From assembly GCA_051859245.1 (NCBI GenBank), contig JBHYGA010000005.1:32001-96000 (forward strand): a stretch of 64,000 nucleotides of DNA, in the 5' to 3' direction. A program made the position numbers and the translations under genes. Each line of letters opens with the position of its first letter. Within the stretch, counting starts at the first letter, position 1. Below the pieces are notes generated by a model that did not search any database, was not told the DNA's origin, and saw only the letters and a list, made by a program, of their open reading frames with translations. This document shows, piece by piece, positions 42,610 through 52,246 of the stretch. The DNA is from Gemmatimonadaceae bacterium (GTDB taxonomy: Bacteria; Gemmatimonadota; Gemmatimonadetes; Gemmatimonadales; Gemmatimonadaceae).

Positions 42610-43583
42610 CCGCGTCTCCGCGCACCTGGCGCACGACGCGCCCTGTGGATGGGCCGTCTCGTGCTACCACAAACGACATCGCAGCGCTCAACGAGGTCTT
42701 CACGGAAGCGTTCAGCGATCGCTATCGCAAAGACGGCATGGTGGGCGTGCGCGTGCCACCGCTCAACCCGGCGATCTGGCGCTACGCCATTGAAGACGCG
42801 GCGGACGGCGCCATGTGCTGGCGCGATGATCGTCAACAGATCGTGGCGTTCAACATTGTGCACCGCTCCGGCGAAGAAGGGTGGATGGGGCCGCTGTGCG
42901 TGCGGCCCGACTACCAGAGCTCCGGGCTGGGCACCAAAATCGTGAAAGCGGGGCTGTCTTATCTGCGGGCGCACGGTGCGCGCGTGATCGGGCTGGAAAC
43001 CATGCCGCGCACGGTCGACAACATCGGTTTTTACTCGGCGCTTGGATTTGTGCCTGGCGCGCTCACGATCACGCTCACGCTCGAAGCGACTGGCGATGAT
43101 CGGCCGTTGCAGTTGTTGTCGCGACTGTCGCCGCTGGAGCGGGAGATCTCGATCAATGCGTGTCGCGCTTTAACGCAGCGCCTGCTGCCCGGCTACGACT
43201 TCACGCGTGAGATCGATCTCACGGAGCGGCTCGCGCTTGGCGACACGTTGTTGCTTGGCGATCCGGCGGCGCCAGATGGTTTTGCGCTCTGTCATTCGGC
43301 GTCGCTGGTAGAAGGGCGCGCACGTGATGAGCTGCGTGTGCTCAAACTGGTGCTCGCACGCCGTGCCGAGTTGCCCACGATTGTGCGAGCCCTCTGCGAC
43401 TTTGCGCGTCGCGGCGGCACACCGCGTGTCGCGATCCGCGTGCAGGGCGATTATCCGGACGCGTACCGTTTGCTGATTGCGCTAGGCGCTCGTGTCCGCT
43501 GGACGGATCTGCGTATGAGCGTGCACGGCTGGACGGAGCGCACGCCTGCTGAGGGTTTGGTGCTGTCGAACTGGGAAATCTGA
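42606..43583 (+). CDS. GNAT N-acetyltransferase (probably tandem GNAT)
   Basis: VRPDYQSSGLG acetyl-CoA motif, FYSALGF; GTGA overlap with the sbcC stop. Confidence 0.88.
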   Translation: MTASPRTWRTTRPVDGPSRATTNDIAALNEVFTEAFSDRYRKDGMVGVRVPPLNPAIWRYAIEDAADGAMCWRDDRQQIVAFNIVHRSGEEGWMGPLCVRPDYQSSGLGTKIVKAGLSYLRAHGARVIGLETMPRTVDNIGFYSALGFVPGALTITLTLEATGDDRPLQLLSRLSPLEREISINACRALTQRLLPGYDFTREIDLTERLALGDTLLLGDPAAPDGFALCHSASLVEGRARDELRVLKLVLARRAELPTIVRALCDFARRGGTPRVAIRVQGDYPDAYRLLIALGARVRWTDLRMSVHGWTERTPAEGLVLSNWEI

Positions 43584-43595
43584 CGCCGCGCGGAA

Positions 43596-43790
43596 TCAGC
43601 GACGTGGCTTGGGTTTGCTGGTGTTGGACGGCTCGACCGGATCCGGTGTCCCGCGCACGACGATGCGCCAGATGATCAGAAATACACCTGCCGTCAGGAA
43701 CAGATGGACCCAACCGGGCGCTGTGGTGGTAAACGTGATCCACGCCCAGCCGATCAGCATGGTGACGCCAGCGATGATCCAGAAGTCCAT
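43596..43790 (-). CDS. Small membrane protein (lmo0937/DUF5670-like)
   Basis: Two TM helices with a GWVHLFL loop motif. Confidence 0.7.
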   Translation of the reverse strand: MDFWIIAGVTMLIGWAWITFTTTAPGWVHLFLTAGVFLIIWRIVVRGTPDPVEPSNTSKPKPRR

Positions 43791-43891
43791 AGGCTGTGTG
43801 GTGCGTAAGGGGTTTGCGCGAAAACGTGCGTGCCTTGTACAATGAAGAAGTTAAGCGAGCCGCGCACCTCTGGCTGGCCGAAAAACGAGTT

Positions 43892-44041
43892 CGGGACGGA
43901 GAGATTTACTTCTTGAGCCGATAAGCTCTTGGAGTGGGCCTGACATACTGTGTGGACGCCATGCCCCAGTGCGGGGAAGACGGAAGTGCGGTGAGGGTCT
44001 CATTATTTCTCTTGGGCTTCAAGATCACCTCTTCGATCCCG
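43892..44041 (+). ncRNA. ssrS: Probable 6S RNA
   Basis: Long irregular hairpin: CGGGA/TCCCG ends, TCTTGAGCC/GGCTTCAAGA stem typical of 6S, central bubble, terminal CCCC/GGGG. Upstream TTGCGC-N18-TACAAT promoter; downstream terminator. Confidence 0.7.
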
Positions 44042-44049
44042 TAGTAAAC

Positions 44050-44089
44050 GCAGCGGCTCCGTCCTTCTGGGCGGGGCCGTTGTGTTTTT
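44050..44089 (+). terminator. Rho-independent terminator after the putative 6S RNA
   Basis: GCAGCGGCTCCGTCC-TTCT-GGGCGGGGCCGTTGT followed by GTTTTT. Confidence 0.8.
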
Positions 44090-44265
44090 CCGGTCCTCGA
44101 TCGGAGGCTCGCGTATAGCCGCGGCGCGGGCAACGGCGTACCGTTCACTATCCCGACAGTGCCTTTCGGGAACGCGCGCCCCGCCGAAGGGGTTGACTGC
44201 CGCGTGGGCTGCAACCGGCCGGCCCACGAACGCCTGTTCCCTTGCTGGCCGGAACCTGAGTCCGC

Positions 44266-44679
44266 ATGTCCATCGTTACAGTCACGCGGCGTCTGCGATT
44301 CAATGCAGCCCACCGCGTGCACAATCCGGCGCTTTCCGACGAAGAGAACGCGCGTCTGTTTGGCAAGTGCAACAACAAAAACTGGCACGGGCACAACTAC
44401 GTGCTGGAAGTGTCGGTGCGGGGAGCCATTGATCCCGTCACGGGCTACGTGGTGGATCTGGGTGTAGTGCGCGATATCGTCGAGCGCGAAGTCATTGAAA
44501 AAACGGATCACCGAAACCTGAACCTCGAGGTGGATTACCTCGCGGGGATCAATCCCACCTCGGAGAACATCATCGTTGCCATGTGGCGCGTGATCGAGCC
44601 CGTGCTGTTGCCTGCTCGGCTGCAGCGGCTCCGCCTCTGGGAGACCGAGAATAATTATGTCGAATATGAGGGGGAGTGA
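44266..44679 (+). CDS. 6-pyruvoyl-tetrahydropterin synthase, PTPS-II (animal-like) type
   Basis: FNAAHR...[23 protein letters not shown] has the C-X5-HGH spacing; TSEN; WETENN. Confidence 0.9.
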   Translation: MSIVTVTRRLRFNAAHRVHNPALSDEENARLFGKCNNKNWHGHNYVLEVSVRGAIDPVTGYVVDLGVVRDIVEREVIEKTDHRNLNLEVDYLAGINPTSENIIVAMWRVIEPVLLPARLQRLRLWETENNYVEYEGE

Positions 44680-44683
44680 GCGC

Positions 44684-45343
44684 ATGATTCGTCCAACGCG
44701 AGATCTCATCGATCCGACGCTCCTGCGCGGCGCGACGGAAGTTGATACCGATGAGATGTCGGTGGACACCGATCGTATGCGCGAGTTTGAGCAGGTGATC
44801 CGTCGTCAGCTTGAGCTGGTGGGCGAAGATCCGGAGCGTGAGGGATTGCTGAAAACGCCGAGCCGTGTGGCCAAGGCGTTGTCGTGGCTCACGCGCGGAT
44901 ATGAACTGGATCCGGCTGAAGTGATCGGCGACGCGATCTTCAATGAAAACCATGAGAACATGGTGATGGTGCGCGACATCGAGTTGTATTCGATGTGCGA
45001 GCATCACATGCTGCCGTTCTTTGGTCGCGCGCACGTGGCGTATATCCCCGACGGCAAGATTGTTGGACTGTCCAAGATTCCGCGCGTGGTTGAAGTCTTT
45101 GCGCGCCGTTTGCAGGTGCAGGAACGGCTTGGCGAACAGGTCGCGGATGCGCTCGAGGAAGTGCTCAAGCCAAAGGGCGTGGGCGTGGTGATCGAAGCGG
45201 TGCATCTCTGCATGATGATGCGCGGCGTCGAGAAGCAGAACTCGCGCACGATTACATCGTCGCTGCGTGGTGTCTTCCGTGACGATGCGCGCACGCGCAG
45301 TGAGTTCTTGCGCCTCGCACACCCGAACGGTGCTGGATACTGA
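44684..45343 (+). CDS. folE: GTP cyclohydrolase I
   Basis: [44 protein letters not shown]. Confidence 0.98.
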   Translation: MIRPTRDLIDPTLLRGATEVDTDEMSVDTDRMREFEQVIRRQLELVGEDPEREGLLKTPSRVAKALSWLTRGYELDPAEVIGDAIFNENHENMVMVRDIELYSMCEHHMLPFFGRAHVAYIPDGKIVGLSKIPRVVEVFARRLQVQERLGEQVADALEEVLKPKGVGVVIEAVHLCMMMRGVEKQNSRTITSSLRGVFRDDARTRSEFLRLAHPNGAGY

Positions 45344-45362
45344 CGGGACGCACGCCCAGCGA

Positions 45363-46085
45363 GTGGCAACGCTGTCACTCGCTGGACGTTCTGCGCTGGT
45401 CACGGGCGCGTCGCGCGGTATCGGATTTGCGATTGCAGCCGCACTCACCTCGGCGGGTGTGCGCACGTGGATGATTGCGCGTGATGCGGCGCGATTGCAC
45501 GACGCGGCACGACAGCTTGGCGGCAATGCGTTCACGCTGCCGTGTGATGTTGGCGATCGCAGTGCGGTGCAGCACGCGGCGTCGGCGGTGAGCGAAAATC
45601 TTGGTGGTGCACCGGATATTCTGGTGAACAACGTGGGCGTGTTCCCGTTGCACAGCATCGAGAGCACCTCGCCGGAATCGTTCGCCGACACGTTGCAGGT
45701 CAACGTGCTGGCGCCGTTTCTCTTTGCGCGTGCCTTCCTGAGTGACATGCGTCAGCGGGGCAGTGGGCATGTCGTCACGCTCGGCTCGGTTGCTGATCGT
45801 CATACGTTCCCCGAGAACGGTGCGTACGCGGCGAGCAAACACGCGCAGCGGGCGTTTCACGAGGTGTTGCGTCAGGAACTGCGCGGCAGCGGTGTGCGCG
45901 CCACGCTGGTGAGCCCGAGCCCGACGGATACGGACATCTGGGATCCCGTTGATCCCGACAACCGCGAGGGGTTTCCGCCGCGCGCGTTGATGCTGCGGCC
46001 GGCGGATGTGGCGGATGCCGTGATGTTCGCGATCACGCGTCCGGTACACGTGAACATTGACGAGTTGCGGGTGTCGCACAGCTGA
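45363..46085 (+). CDS. Short-chain dehydrogenase/reductase (candidate sepiapterin reductase)
   Basis: TGASRGIG, NNVG, catalytic Ser and YAASK; the specific function is inferred from gene context only. Confidence 0.85.
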   Translation: MATLSLAGRSALVTGASRGIGFAIAAALTSAGVRTWMIARDAARLHDAARQLGGNAFTLPCDVGDRSAVQHAASAVSENLGGAPDILVNNVGVFPLHSIESTSPESFADTLQVNVLAPFLFARAFLSDMRQRGSGHVVTLGSVADRHTFPENGAYAASKHAQRAFHEVLRQELRGSGVRATLVSPSPTDTDIWDPVDPDNREGFPPRALMLRPADVADAVMFAITRPVHVNIDELRVSHS

Positions 46086-46140
46086 CTCCAACGCACCGTT
46101 CGTGCGTTCGGCGTATCGTGGCGCGCGCCGGTTGCTCAGC

Positions 46141-46193
46141 GGGTTTCGCGCCGGGTTTCACGCCGGGTTTCACGCCGGGTTTCGCGCCGGGTT
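46141..46193. repeat. 12-bp tandem repeat (GGGTTTCRCGCC x ~4.4)
   Basis: Read directly from the sequence. Confidence 0.9.
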
Positions 46194-46227
46194 GCGCAGC
46201 CCGCGCTGACATCGCCAGCTTGGTGGC

Positions 46228-46905
46228 ATGCACGTAGACCTGATAGAGTCGCTCCGATGTCCGCGTCGTCATGAAGACGGTTGGCTCGTCGCCGCGACCG
46301 ATGAGGTGATCGATCGACAGATCGTGCGCGGCACCCTTGGCTGTCCGATTTGCGGTGGTGAGTGGCGCATTCAAGCGGGCGAGCTCGATTTCGGCCAGGT
46401 GGCGTTTGCTGTTCACGAGACGGCGGGTACGGACACCGGCGCGGCGCACGAACTTGCGTCCGCTGAATCACACGCTATGCGACTGGCCGCGTTGCTCGAT
46501 CTCCGCGATGCCAACGGCTTTGTTGTGCTCACCGGTGAGTCGGCTCTCGTGGCGGACACGCTGCACTCGCTGACCGGTGTACGCGTGCTCGCTGTGAACG
46601 CGTCACGTGGCGCCGCCACGCGTCATTCACGACTTCGTGTGGCGAATGCGCTGCCGCTTGGTGTGGGCACCGCGCGCGGCGTGGTACTCGACTCGATGCA
46701 TGGCGACAGCGATTGGCTCGACAGCGCCGTGCGCGCCGTGGCGCGCGGCGGACGTGTGGTTGCACCTACACACGTGCACGTCCCGAGTGATGTTGAAGAG
46801 CTGGCGCGCGATGAACGGGAGTGGGTTGGTGCAGTGCGTGTCGCGGCGAGTGGATTGGTGCCGCTTCGGCGGGGTGGGGATCCGATGGGCGAGATCAGCC
46901 GCTGA
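46228..46905 (+). CDS. Trm112-like Zn-finger domain fused to a degenerate methyltransferase-like fold
   Basis: LIESLRCP...LGCPICGGEWRIQAG Trm112 pattern; C-terminal AVRAVARGGRVV. Confidence 0.6.
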   Translation: MHVDLIESLRCPRRHEDGWLVAATDEVIDRQIVRGTLGCPICGGEWRIQAGELDFGQVAFAVHETAGTDTGAAHELASAESHAMRLAALLDLRDANGFVVLTGESALVADTLHSLTGVRVLAVNASRGAATRHSRLRVANALPLGVGTARGVVLDSMHGDSDWLDSAVRAVARGGRVVAPTHVHVPSDVEELARDEREWVGAVRVAASGLVPLRRGGDPMGEISR

Positions 46906-48034
46906 GCTCAAAGCAGGGGTCGACGCCGGGATTGCCCAAGCCCCACGCAGCGACTCGACGCGCCGCCGGTAGTGCCTGCAACGTGGTCGGTTCGTTCAAT
47001 CCGCCTGTTGCGACCTTGCCCAGCCCCAACACCACACTGGTCAGCGCGAGCCGCTTCTGGTCGCCGAGGAAAGATTCGCCGCCGCTGCAGGTGCGTGTGT
47101 TGCCGACTGAGTTCACACGACCGTCCGGTGCCACTCGCTGAGCGAGCCAAGCGGCCCCGCGGTGCATTGCGGCGAGCAAGGCTGCTCGTGCTGTACCACT
47201 GTTGAGCACACTCGCGACATCCATCCCAATGTCGAGCGCCACCGCCTGATATGATGTGTCCCAACCATCACCCTCGGCGAACCAGCCGGCAGCGTTTTGC
47301 TTGCCCAGCGCCGCCTCAATAAACGGTTGAGCGTACTGCTGCGTGACCGTGTCGTCGGCCAGCGCGCCGCACGCGTGATACGCCCGCGCGTCGAAGAGCA
47401 GCCGATTAGGCGCGTTCGCATCGGCGGCCGCGAGCAACGCGCGCTTTCCGGCGAGCCACACCACAGCCTGTTGCGCCGACGCGCGCAGCGATGCGCGTTG
47501 TGATGCTGCCACTACCGCGTCTCGCTGGGCGTGTGCTTCGAGGGCGAGTAAACCGAGGCACGCGTCTCCCAGAAAGAAGGCAGCGCCACTGGCGACATCG
47601 GCGTCACTCGGCTGCATCCCCATGGAAACACTCAGCGGAACTGACGCCGGAAGTGCGCCGTCCTGCTGCATCGTGCTGAACGCCACTTCAATGCCGCGCA
47701 CAGCGCGCGTGCCATCAGTTACGCGTCCGGCGATGAGCGCCATTCGCAACGCAGTTCCAGTACCCATCTGGAATCGTGATGCATACATCCGACCCCATTC
47801 GCGATTGCGCCCAATGAGTCCATCATCAGCAGCAGGAAGGCCCGCGGCCACGCTCGCTAGTACTTCCGCACCAAGCGGCGCCATCAACAACGAGTCATTC
47901 GCGCGCACCGCGCGCGCGGTGCGTTCAACCGCGGGAGTCACCGGTGACTCGGGCAGAGGAGACAGCGGTGTGTCGACCGCACTCTCGGCGCATGCCGCGA
48001 GCGCAACGAGCATGAGTGCATGGAGTACTCGCAT
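46895..48034 (-). CDS. Hypothetical lipoprotein, probable alpha/alpha-barrel
   Basis: Lipobox LAAC; repeated QxxDG-like turns (QQDG, QNAAGWF, APDG). Confidence 0.7.
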   Translation of the reverse strand: MRVLHALMLVALAACAESAVDTPLSPLPESPVTPAVERTARAVRANDSLLMAPLGAEVLASVAAGLPAADDGLIGRNREWGRMYASRFQMGTGTALRMALIAGRVTDGTRAVRGIEVAFSTMQQDGALPASVPLSVSMGMQPSDADVASGAAFFLGDACLGLLALEAHAQRDAVVAASQRASLRASAQQAVVWLAGKRALLAAADANAPNRLLFDARAYHACGALADDTVTQQYAQPFIEAALGKQNAAGWFAEGDGWDTSYQAVALDIGMDVASVLNSGTARAALLAAMHRGAAWLAQRVAPDGRVNSVGNTRTCSGGESFLGDQKRLALTSVVLGLGKVATGGLNEPTTLQALPAARRVAAWGLGNPGVDPCFELSG

Positions 48035-48042
48035 CGCTGATT

Positions 48043-49263
48043 CTACCGCCGCACAATCCGAAACACCCGGATCACCGGACGCCCCTCGTCATCTTCCGCC
48101 GGCACCGCCACGCGATCTTTCCCCCACGCTTCAGACGTGAACTGCTCCTTCGGCCACAGCGCCGCCGGCACGCGCACCACATCAAGCCACTCGCGCCCCG
48201 GACCGAACACGTCAAACTCCACCATCGTGGTATCAGCCAGCGAACGGCGTGCCCACACGCGACCTGACAAATCCACAAGGAAACGTTCAAACGGCGGACG
48301 CACACTCGGAATCTTTCCCGGATCCATCGACGCGCGCAGTGTTGCTTCGGGCGGGCCGCCGGGGCGCGAGGTCATTCCCGTAATGCGCGCGTCAACAATC
48401 GCCTGTTTCTCCGCGCCGGTGACAGTCGCCGGCGAAAACACGCGCCCGAACAGCGCCGCCGTATCCGTGCCGTCGCGCGACACGCGCAGCAGATACTCGT
48501 TGTTCCACGCCGTGATGAATCCGCCCTGTGGATCGGCGGTGACCACTTCGCGCGGCTGCAAAGGCACGCTCATAATCATTTGCAGCTGGTCGCCGTTGCG
48601 CACCTCCCACTGATGATCCGGACCTGATGGCTCACGCCGGTGCCACACAAACACCGTGTCCGCTTGTGTGGCGCCAAAATCTGTGCGAATGAACACGGCG
48701 GCCGCGCGTGTCGTATCAGGCGGCGAGTGGTTGGCGGGCATCAACGCACGCCCGTCTATGTCAATCCCGAGCGGCGACCAGTAACAGCACGTCGTGGAGA
48801 TGGACCGCACATATGTGCCGTCGCTGATCCGAAAGCTGCTGGCACGACCGGCCATTGGATCTTGCACCAACAGGGTGTCACCGCGCGCTGCAATCCAGCC
48901 AACACGAAACTCTCCAGGGCCCGATCCGCGCTGGCCAATGCGCCGCAGAAACGAGCCGTTCGCATCGAAGACTTTCACGTGCGCGTCATCATCTTCGGCC
49001 ACGAGCACCAGCCCTTCGGCGGTCATCGTAATGTCGTTGGGATTCATCAGCTCGCCGGGCTCGCCTTCGGCCGGTTGAATCTCGTGCAGCAACTCGAGAG
49101 ACCACCGCCCGGAGTCTGCGGGCGCTGATGACATCGTGCGCACGATGCCGCCAGGCAACGTATCAACCGTCATGCGCTGCGGCGCAGACGAATCGCCGCC
49201 ACCGCAAGCGGTAACGGCGATCAGACAAGCGGTGAACCAGAACCCGTGCGTGTGTTGAGGCAT
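48043..49263 (-). CDS. 6-bladed beta-propeller (NHL-like) lipoprotein
   Basis: Lipobox VTAC; VKVFDANGSFLRRIGQRGSGPGEF. Confidence 0.85.
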   Translation of the reverse strand: MPQHTHGFWFTACLIAVTACGGGDSSAPQRMTVDTLPGGIVRTMSSAPADSGRWSLELLHEIQPAEGEPGELMNPNDITMTAEGLVLVAEDDDAHVKVFDANGSFLRRIGQRGSGPGEFRVGWIAARGDTLLVQDPMAGRASSFRISDGTYVRSISTTCCYWSPLGIDIDGRALMPANHSPPDTTRAAAVFIRTDFGATQADTVFVWHRREPSGPDHQWEVRNGDQLQMIMSVPLQPREVVTADPQGGFITAWNNEYLLRVSRDGTDTAALFGRVFSPATVTGAEKQAIVDARITGMTSRPGGPPEATLRASMDPGKIPSVRPPFERFLVDLSGRVWARRSLADTTMVEFDVFGPGREWLDVVRVPAALWPKEQFTSEAWGKDRVAVPAEDDEGRPVIRVFRIVRR

Positions 49264-49306
49264 ACGCGATTAGACAACCGATCTGCGTAACGGGTTGTAC
49301 GACGCG

Positions 49307-51190
49307 CTACTCCGCGTACAGACTCTCAATAAACTCGGCATTCGTTTTCTCCACCACCCGACGCTTCACGCTCAACTTGGGCGTCAGCTCACCACGCTCA
49401 ATGCTGAAGTCATGCTCGAGCAAGCCGATCTTCTTGGGCGTCTCGTAACTGCCGAGTCCGGTGAGCTCACTCTTGACTTCCTTCTCCATCTTGGCCTGCA
49501 CGGTCGGCATCTTGAGCAGTTCCGCTCGGCTCGTCCACACAATGTTCTGCTCGGCCGACCACTTCTCGAGCTGATCCCAGTCCGGCACGATTAGCACAAT
49601 CGGGAACTTGCGCTTATCGCCAATCATCACCGCCTGACTCACGTACTTGTTCGTCTTGATGCGGTTTTCAATCGGCTGCGGCGCCAGATTCTTTCCTCCG
49701 GCGGTGACAATGATGTCTTTCTTGCGGTCGGTGATCTTGAGAAACCCGTCTTGGATTTCACCAATGTCGCCGGTGTGAAACCAGCCTTCGTGATCGATCG
49801 CTTCGGCCGTGGCTTCCGGGTTCTTGTAGTACCCTTTCATCACGTGCGGGCCGCGCGTGAGAATCTCGCCGTCGTTTGCAATGCGCACTTCCACGCCGGC
49901 AATCGGCTTGCCCACCGTGCCAATCCGAAAGTTCTCGGGCGTGTTCGCGGAAATGACAGGCGATGTTTCCGTCAGGCCGTAGCCTTCGAGAATCACCAGC
50001 CCCGCTGAGTAGAAAAACTTGTTGATCGTGGGCGAGAGCGGTGCACCACCAGAAATGAAATAGCGAAGTCGTCCACCAGTGCGCTCCTTGAGTTTGGAAA
50101 ACACCAGCTTCTGCGCGAGACCGTATTGAAAGGCGAGCAATCCACCAGGCTCACGTCCAGAGAGCTTGACATCAGACCAGCGCTCACCAACCGCGCGTGC
50201 CCAGAAAAAGATCTTCGCTTTCAATCCGCCCGCCGCCACGGCGTTCTCCAGCACGCGTGCGTAAATCTTCTCGTACAGTCGCGGCACCGACATCATGAGC
50301 GTGGGGCTCACTTCCTGCATGTTGATCGGCACGGTGTCGATCGATTCTGCGTACGCAATGGTCACACCGTTCGCGAACAGGTAGTAGTCACCCATGCGCT
50401 CGAAGATGTGACTCAGCGGCAAGAAGCTGAGTGCGACATCACCGCCAATGAGCGGAATGCTGTGCTGCGTGGCGATGCAATTGGAGTACACATTGTCATG
50501 CGTGAGCATGACACCTTTCGGGTTGCCGGTGGTGCCCGACGTGTAGATCAACGTGATCAAATGATCTGGCTGCACGGCGAGTGCATCGGCCTTGAACCTG
50601 GCGGCCACGTCGGCGTTGTCCTGCGCGGCGCCCAACGCTTCAAGTTCAGCCAGCGTCATGTCGCAACCGTCTACTTTCGTTGCGGCAAATCCGATCACCC
50701 ACTGCAACGCCGGGATGGAACTGCGAATTGACGCGATCTTCTGCGCCTGCGCCGCGTTCGACACAAAAATCACTTTCGCGCCGGAGTCGTTCAGCACATA
50801 CGGAATCTGCTCAGCCGGTAGTGTGGGATACACCGGAACGTCGATCACGCCCGAGCAGAGGCACGCGTAGTCTGCAATCGCCCACTCCGGCCGATTCTCC
50901 GACAGAATGCCGGCGCGATCACCAGCCAGCACACCCAGTTGCTGCAATCCAAGCGCGGTGCGACGCACACGCTCCAGCACGGTGGCGTGCGAGAGCGACT
51001 CCCACGTGCCTCCCACTTTGTGCATCAGCGCCTTGGGCAGCGCACGTTCTTCGATCGCTTTGAAGAACAAGGCATTGATGGTGCCGGGCGCCTCCATGCG
51101 CGGACCGCCCGACGTAAATCGGTTGGGAGACGGCACGGAGGACAGCGTATTGGCGAGCGACGCGAAAGCGCTTCCGGAAGGAGCGGTCAT
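49307..51190 (-). CDS. fadD: Long-chain fatty acid-CoA ligase
   Basis: YTSGTTGNPKG, EGYGLTET, GWFHTGDIG, DRKKD, TPKLSVKR. Confidence 0.93.
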   Translation of the reverse strand: MTAPSGSAFASLANTLSSVPSPNRFTSGGPRMEAPGTINALFFKAIEERALPKALMHKVGGTWESLSHATVLERVRRTALGLQQLGVLAGDRAGILSENRPEWAIADYACLCSGVIDVPVYPTLPAEQIPYVLNDSGAKVIFVSNAAQAQKIASIRSSIPALQWVIGFAATKVDGCDMTLAELEALGAAQDNADVAARFKADALAVQPDHLITLIYTSGTTGNPKGVMLTHDNVYSNCIATQHSIPLIGGDVALSFLPLSHIFERMGDYYLFANGVTIAYAESIDTVPINMQEVSPTLMMSVPRLYEKIYARVLENAVAAGGLKAKIFFWARAVGERWSDVKLSGREPGGLLAFQYGLAQKLVFSKLKERTGGRLRYFISGGAPLSPTINKFFYSAGLVILEGYGLTETSPVISANTPENFRIGTVGKPIAGVEVRIANDGEILTRGPHVMKGYYKNPEATAEAIDHEGWFHTGDIGEIQDGFLKITDRKKDIIVTAGGKNLAPQPIENRIKTNKYVSQAVMIGDKRKFPIVLIVPDWDQLEKWSAEQNIVWTSRAELLKMPTVQAKMEKEVKSELTGLGSYETPKKIGLLEHDFSIERGELTPKLSVKRRVVEKTNAEFIESLYAE

Positions 51191-51377
51191 CGCCATCTCC
51201 AGCACAGAGGTGGGCAAACAGGAGGGAGGCTGGCGCCCGAAATCATTCCGGGCACACACGCAGAGGGCAACCAGCGCGAACAGCACGCGCTACGCACTGG
51301 AGATCTCGACAATTTGCAGTACACGGCGTCTGGGCGGGAGTACCCCCAGGGCACCCATGAACCGGCGTGCGAAAGGA

Positions 51378-52223
51378 CTACCCGCGCGTGGACGGGCTGA
51401 AGACCGGAACAAGAAAACGAATCGGTGCGCCTCGAACCCGCTGGCCGCGGCGCCAGATCATCGCTTCGACCTCCACCGTATCCACCGTGCGACCAGCCGC
51501 CGGAAACTGCAGCGGACGAACGCGAACCCGGCGCGATGACGCACCGCCACCATCTGTCGTATCAATCTGCGACGGTCGGCCAGTTTCATTAACCAGGAAA
51601 ACTGACGCGGTCGTGTCATTCCCAAGATTGGCCGGCCGAACGATGGCGTAACGCACGATCCAGTCATTCACCGGCTGCAGCGCTCCCGCGGCGTTCTTGT
51701 ACTGCACGCGCGTGGTGACCGCAACACTGTTTGAATCCACACCACGCCGCCCGGTGTCCGGCACAAATCCAACCAGCCGGAGATCCGAGTCTGTGGTAAA
51801 CGCGGTATCGGGTGCGTTGGTGACAATCACCGGAATGAGCACTTGCAACGAAAACGCATAGCGCGCCGCGATCTGTAACTGTCCCGCCGCCGGTTGCTTG
51901 ACCACGCGAACCATGCCGGTGGTGGAGTCTACTTCGAGCGCGGTGTCGCGCTGCGCTTGCACGTACAGATAGCGAATCGGCGCGTCTTGAATGACATCGC
52001 CCTGAATGTTGCGAAGCGTGACGCGTATTGGCTGCGCCACGCCAAGGGTATCGCGCAACGAATCACCAATCGCGATGGACGGGAACGCCTGCGGTTCCGC
52101 TTCGATGGAAACGGGCACCAGCGGATCCGTGACAATATCTGCACAGGCGGCCGCGATGACGAGCGAACTCACCGCGCCGAGCACGAACACACGTGACGAC
52201 AATTTCGACGAGAGTTGAGACAT
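51378..52223 (-). CDS. Hypothetical lipoprotein with Ig-like beta domains
   Basis: Lipobox IAAAC; beta-rich sequence. Confidence 0.7.
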   Translation of the reverse strand: MSQLSSKLSSRVFVLGAVSSLVIAAACADIVTDPLVPVSIEAEPQAFPSIAIGDSLRDTLGVAQPIRVTLRNIQGDVIQDAPIRYLYVQAQRDTALEVDSTTGMVRVVKQPAAGQLQIAARYAFSLQVLIPVIVTNAPDTAFTTDSDLRLVGFVPDTGRRGVDSNSVAVTTRVQYKNAAGALQPVNDWIVRYAIVRPANLGNDTTASVFLVNETGRPSQIDTTDGGGASSRRVRVRPLQFPAAGRTVDTVEVEAMIWRRGQRVRGAPIRFLVPVFSPSTRG

Positions 52224-52246
52224 GCCAACAGATACCCAACGCCCCA

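Noticed and set aside
44266..44679. Annotation as queuosine queD
   Set aside because: The motif is C-X5-HGH rather than C-X3-HGH, and no queC/queE/queF is adjacent
43906..44769. 287-aa minus-strand ORF
   Set aside because: Antisense to PTPS and runs through the 6S-like RNA and its terminator
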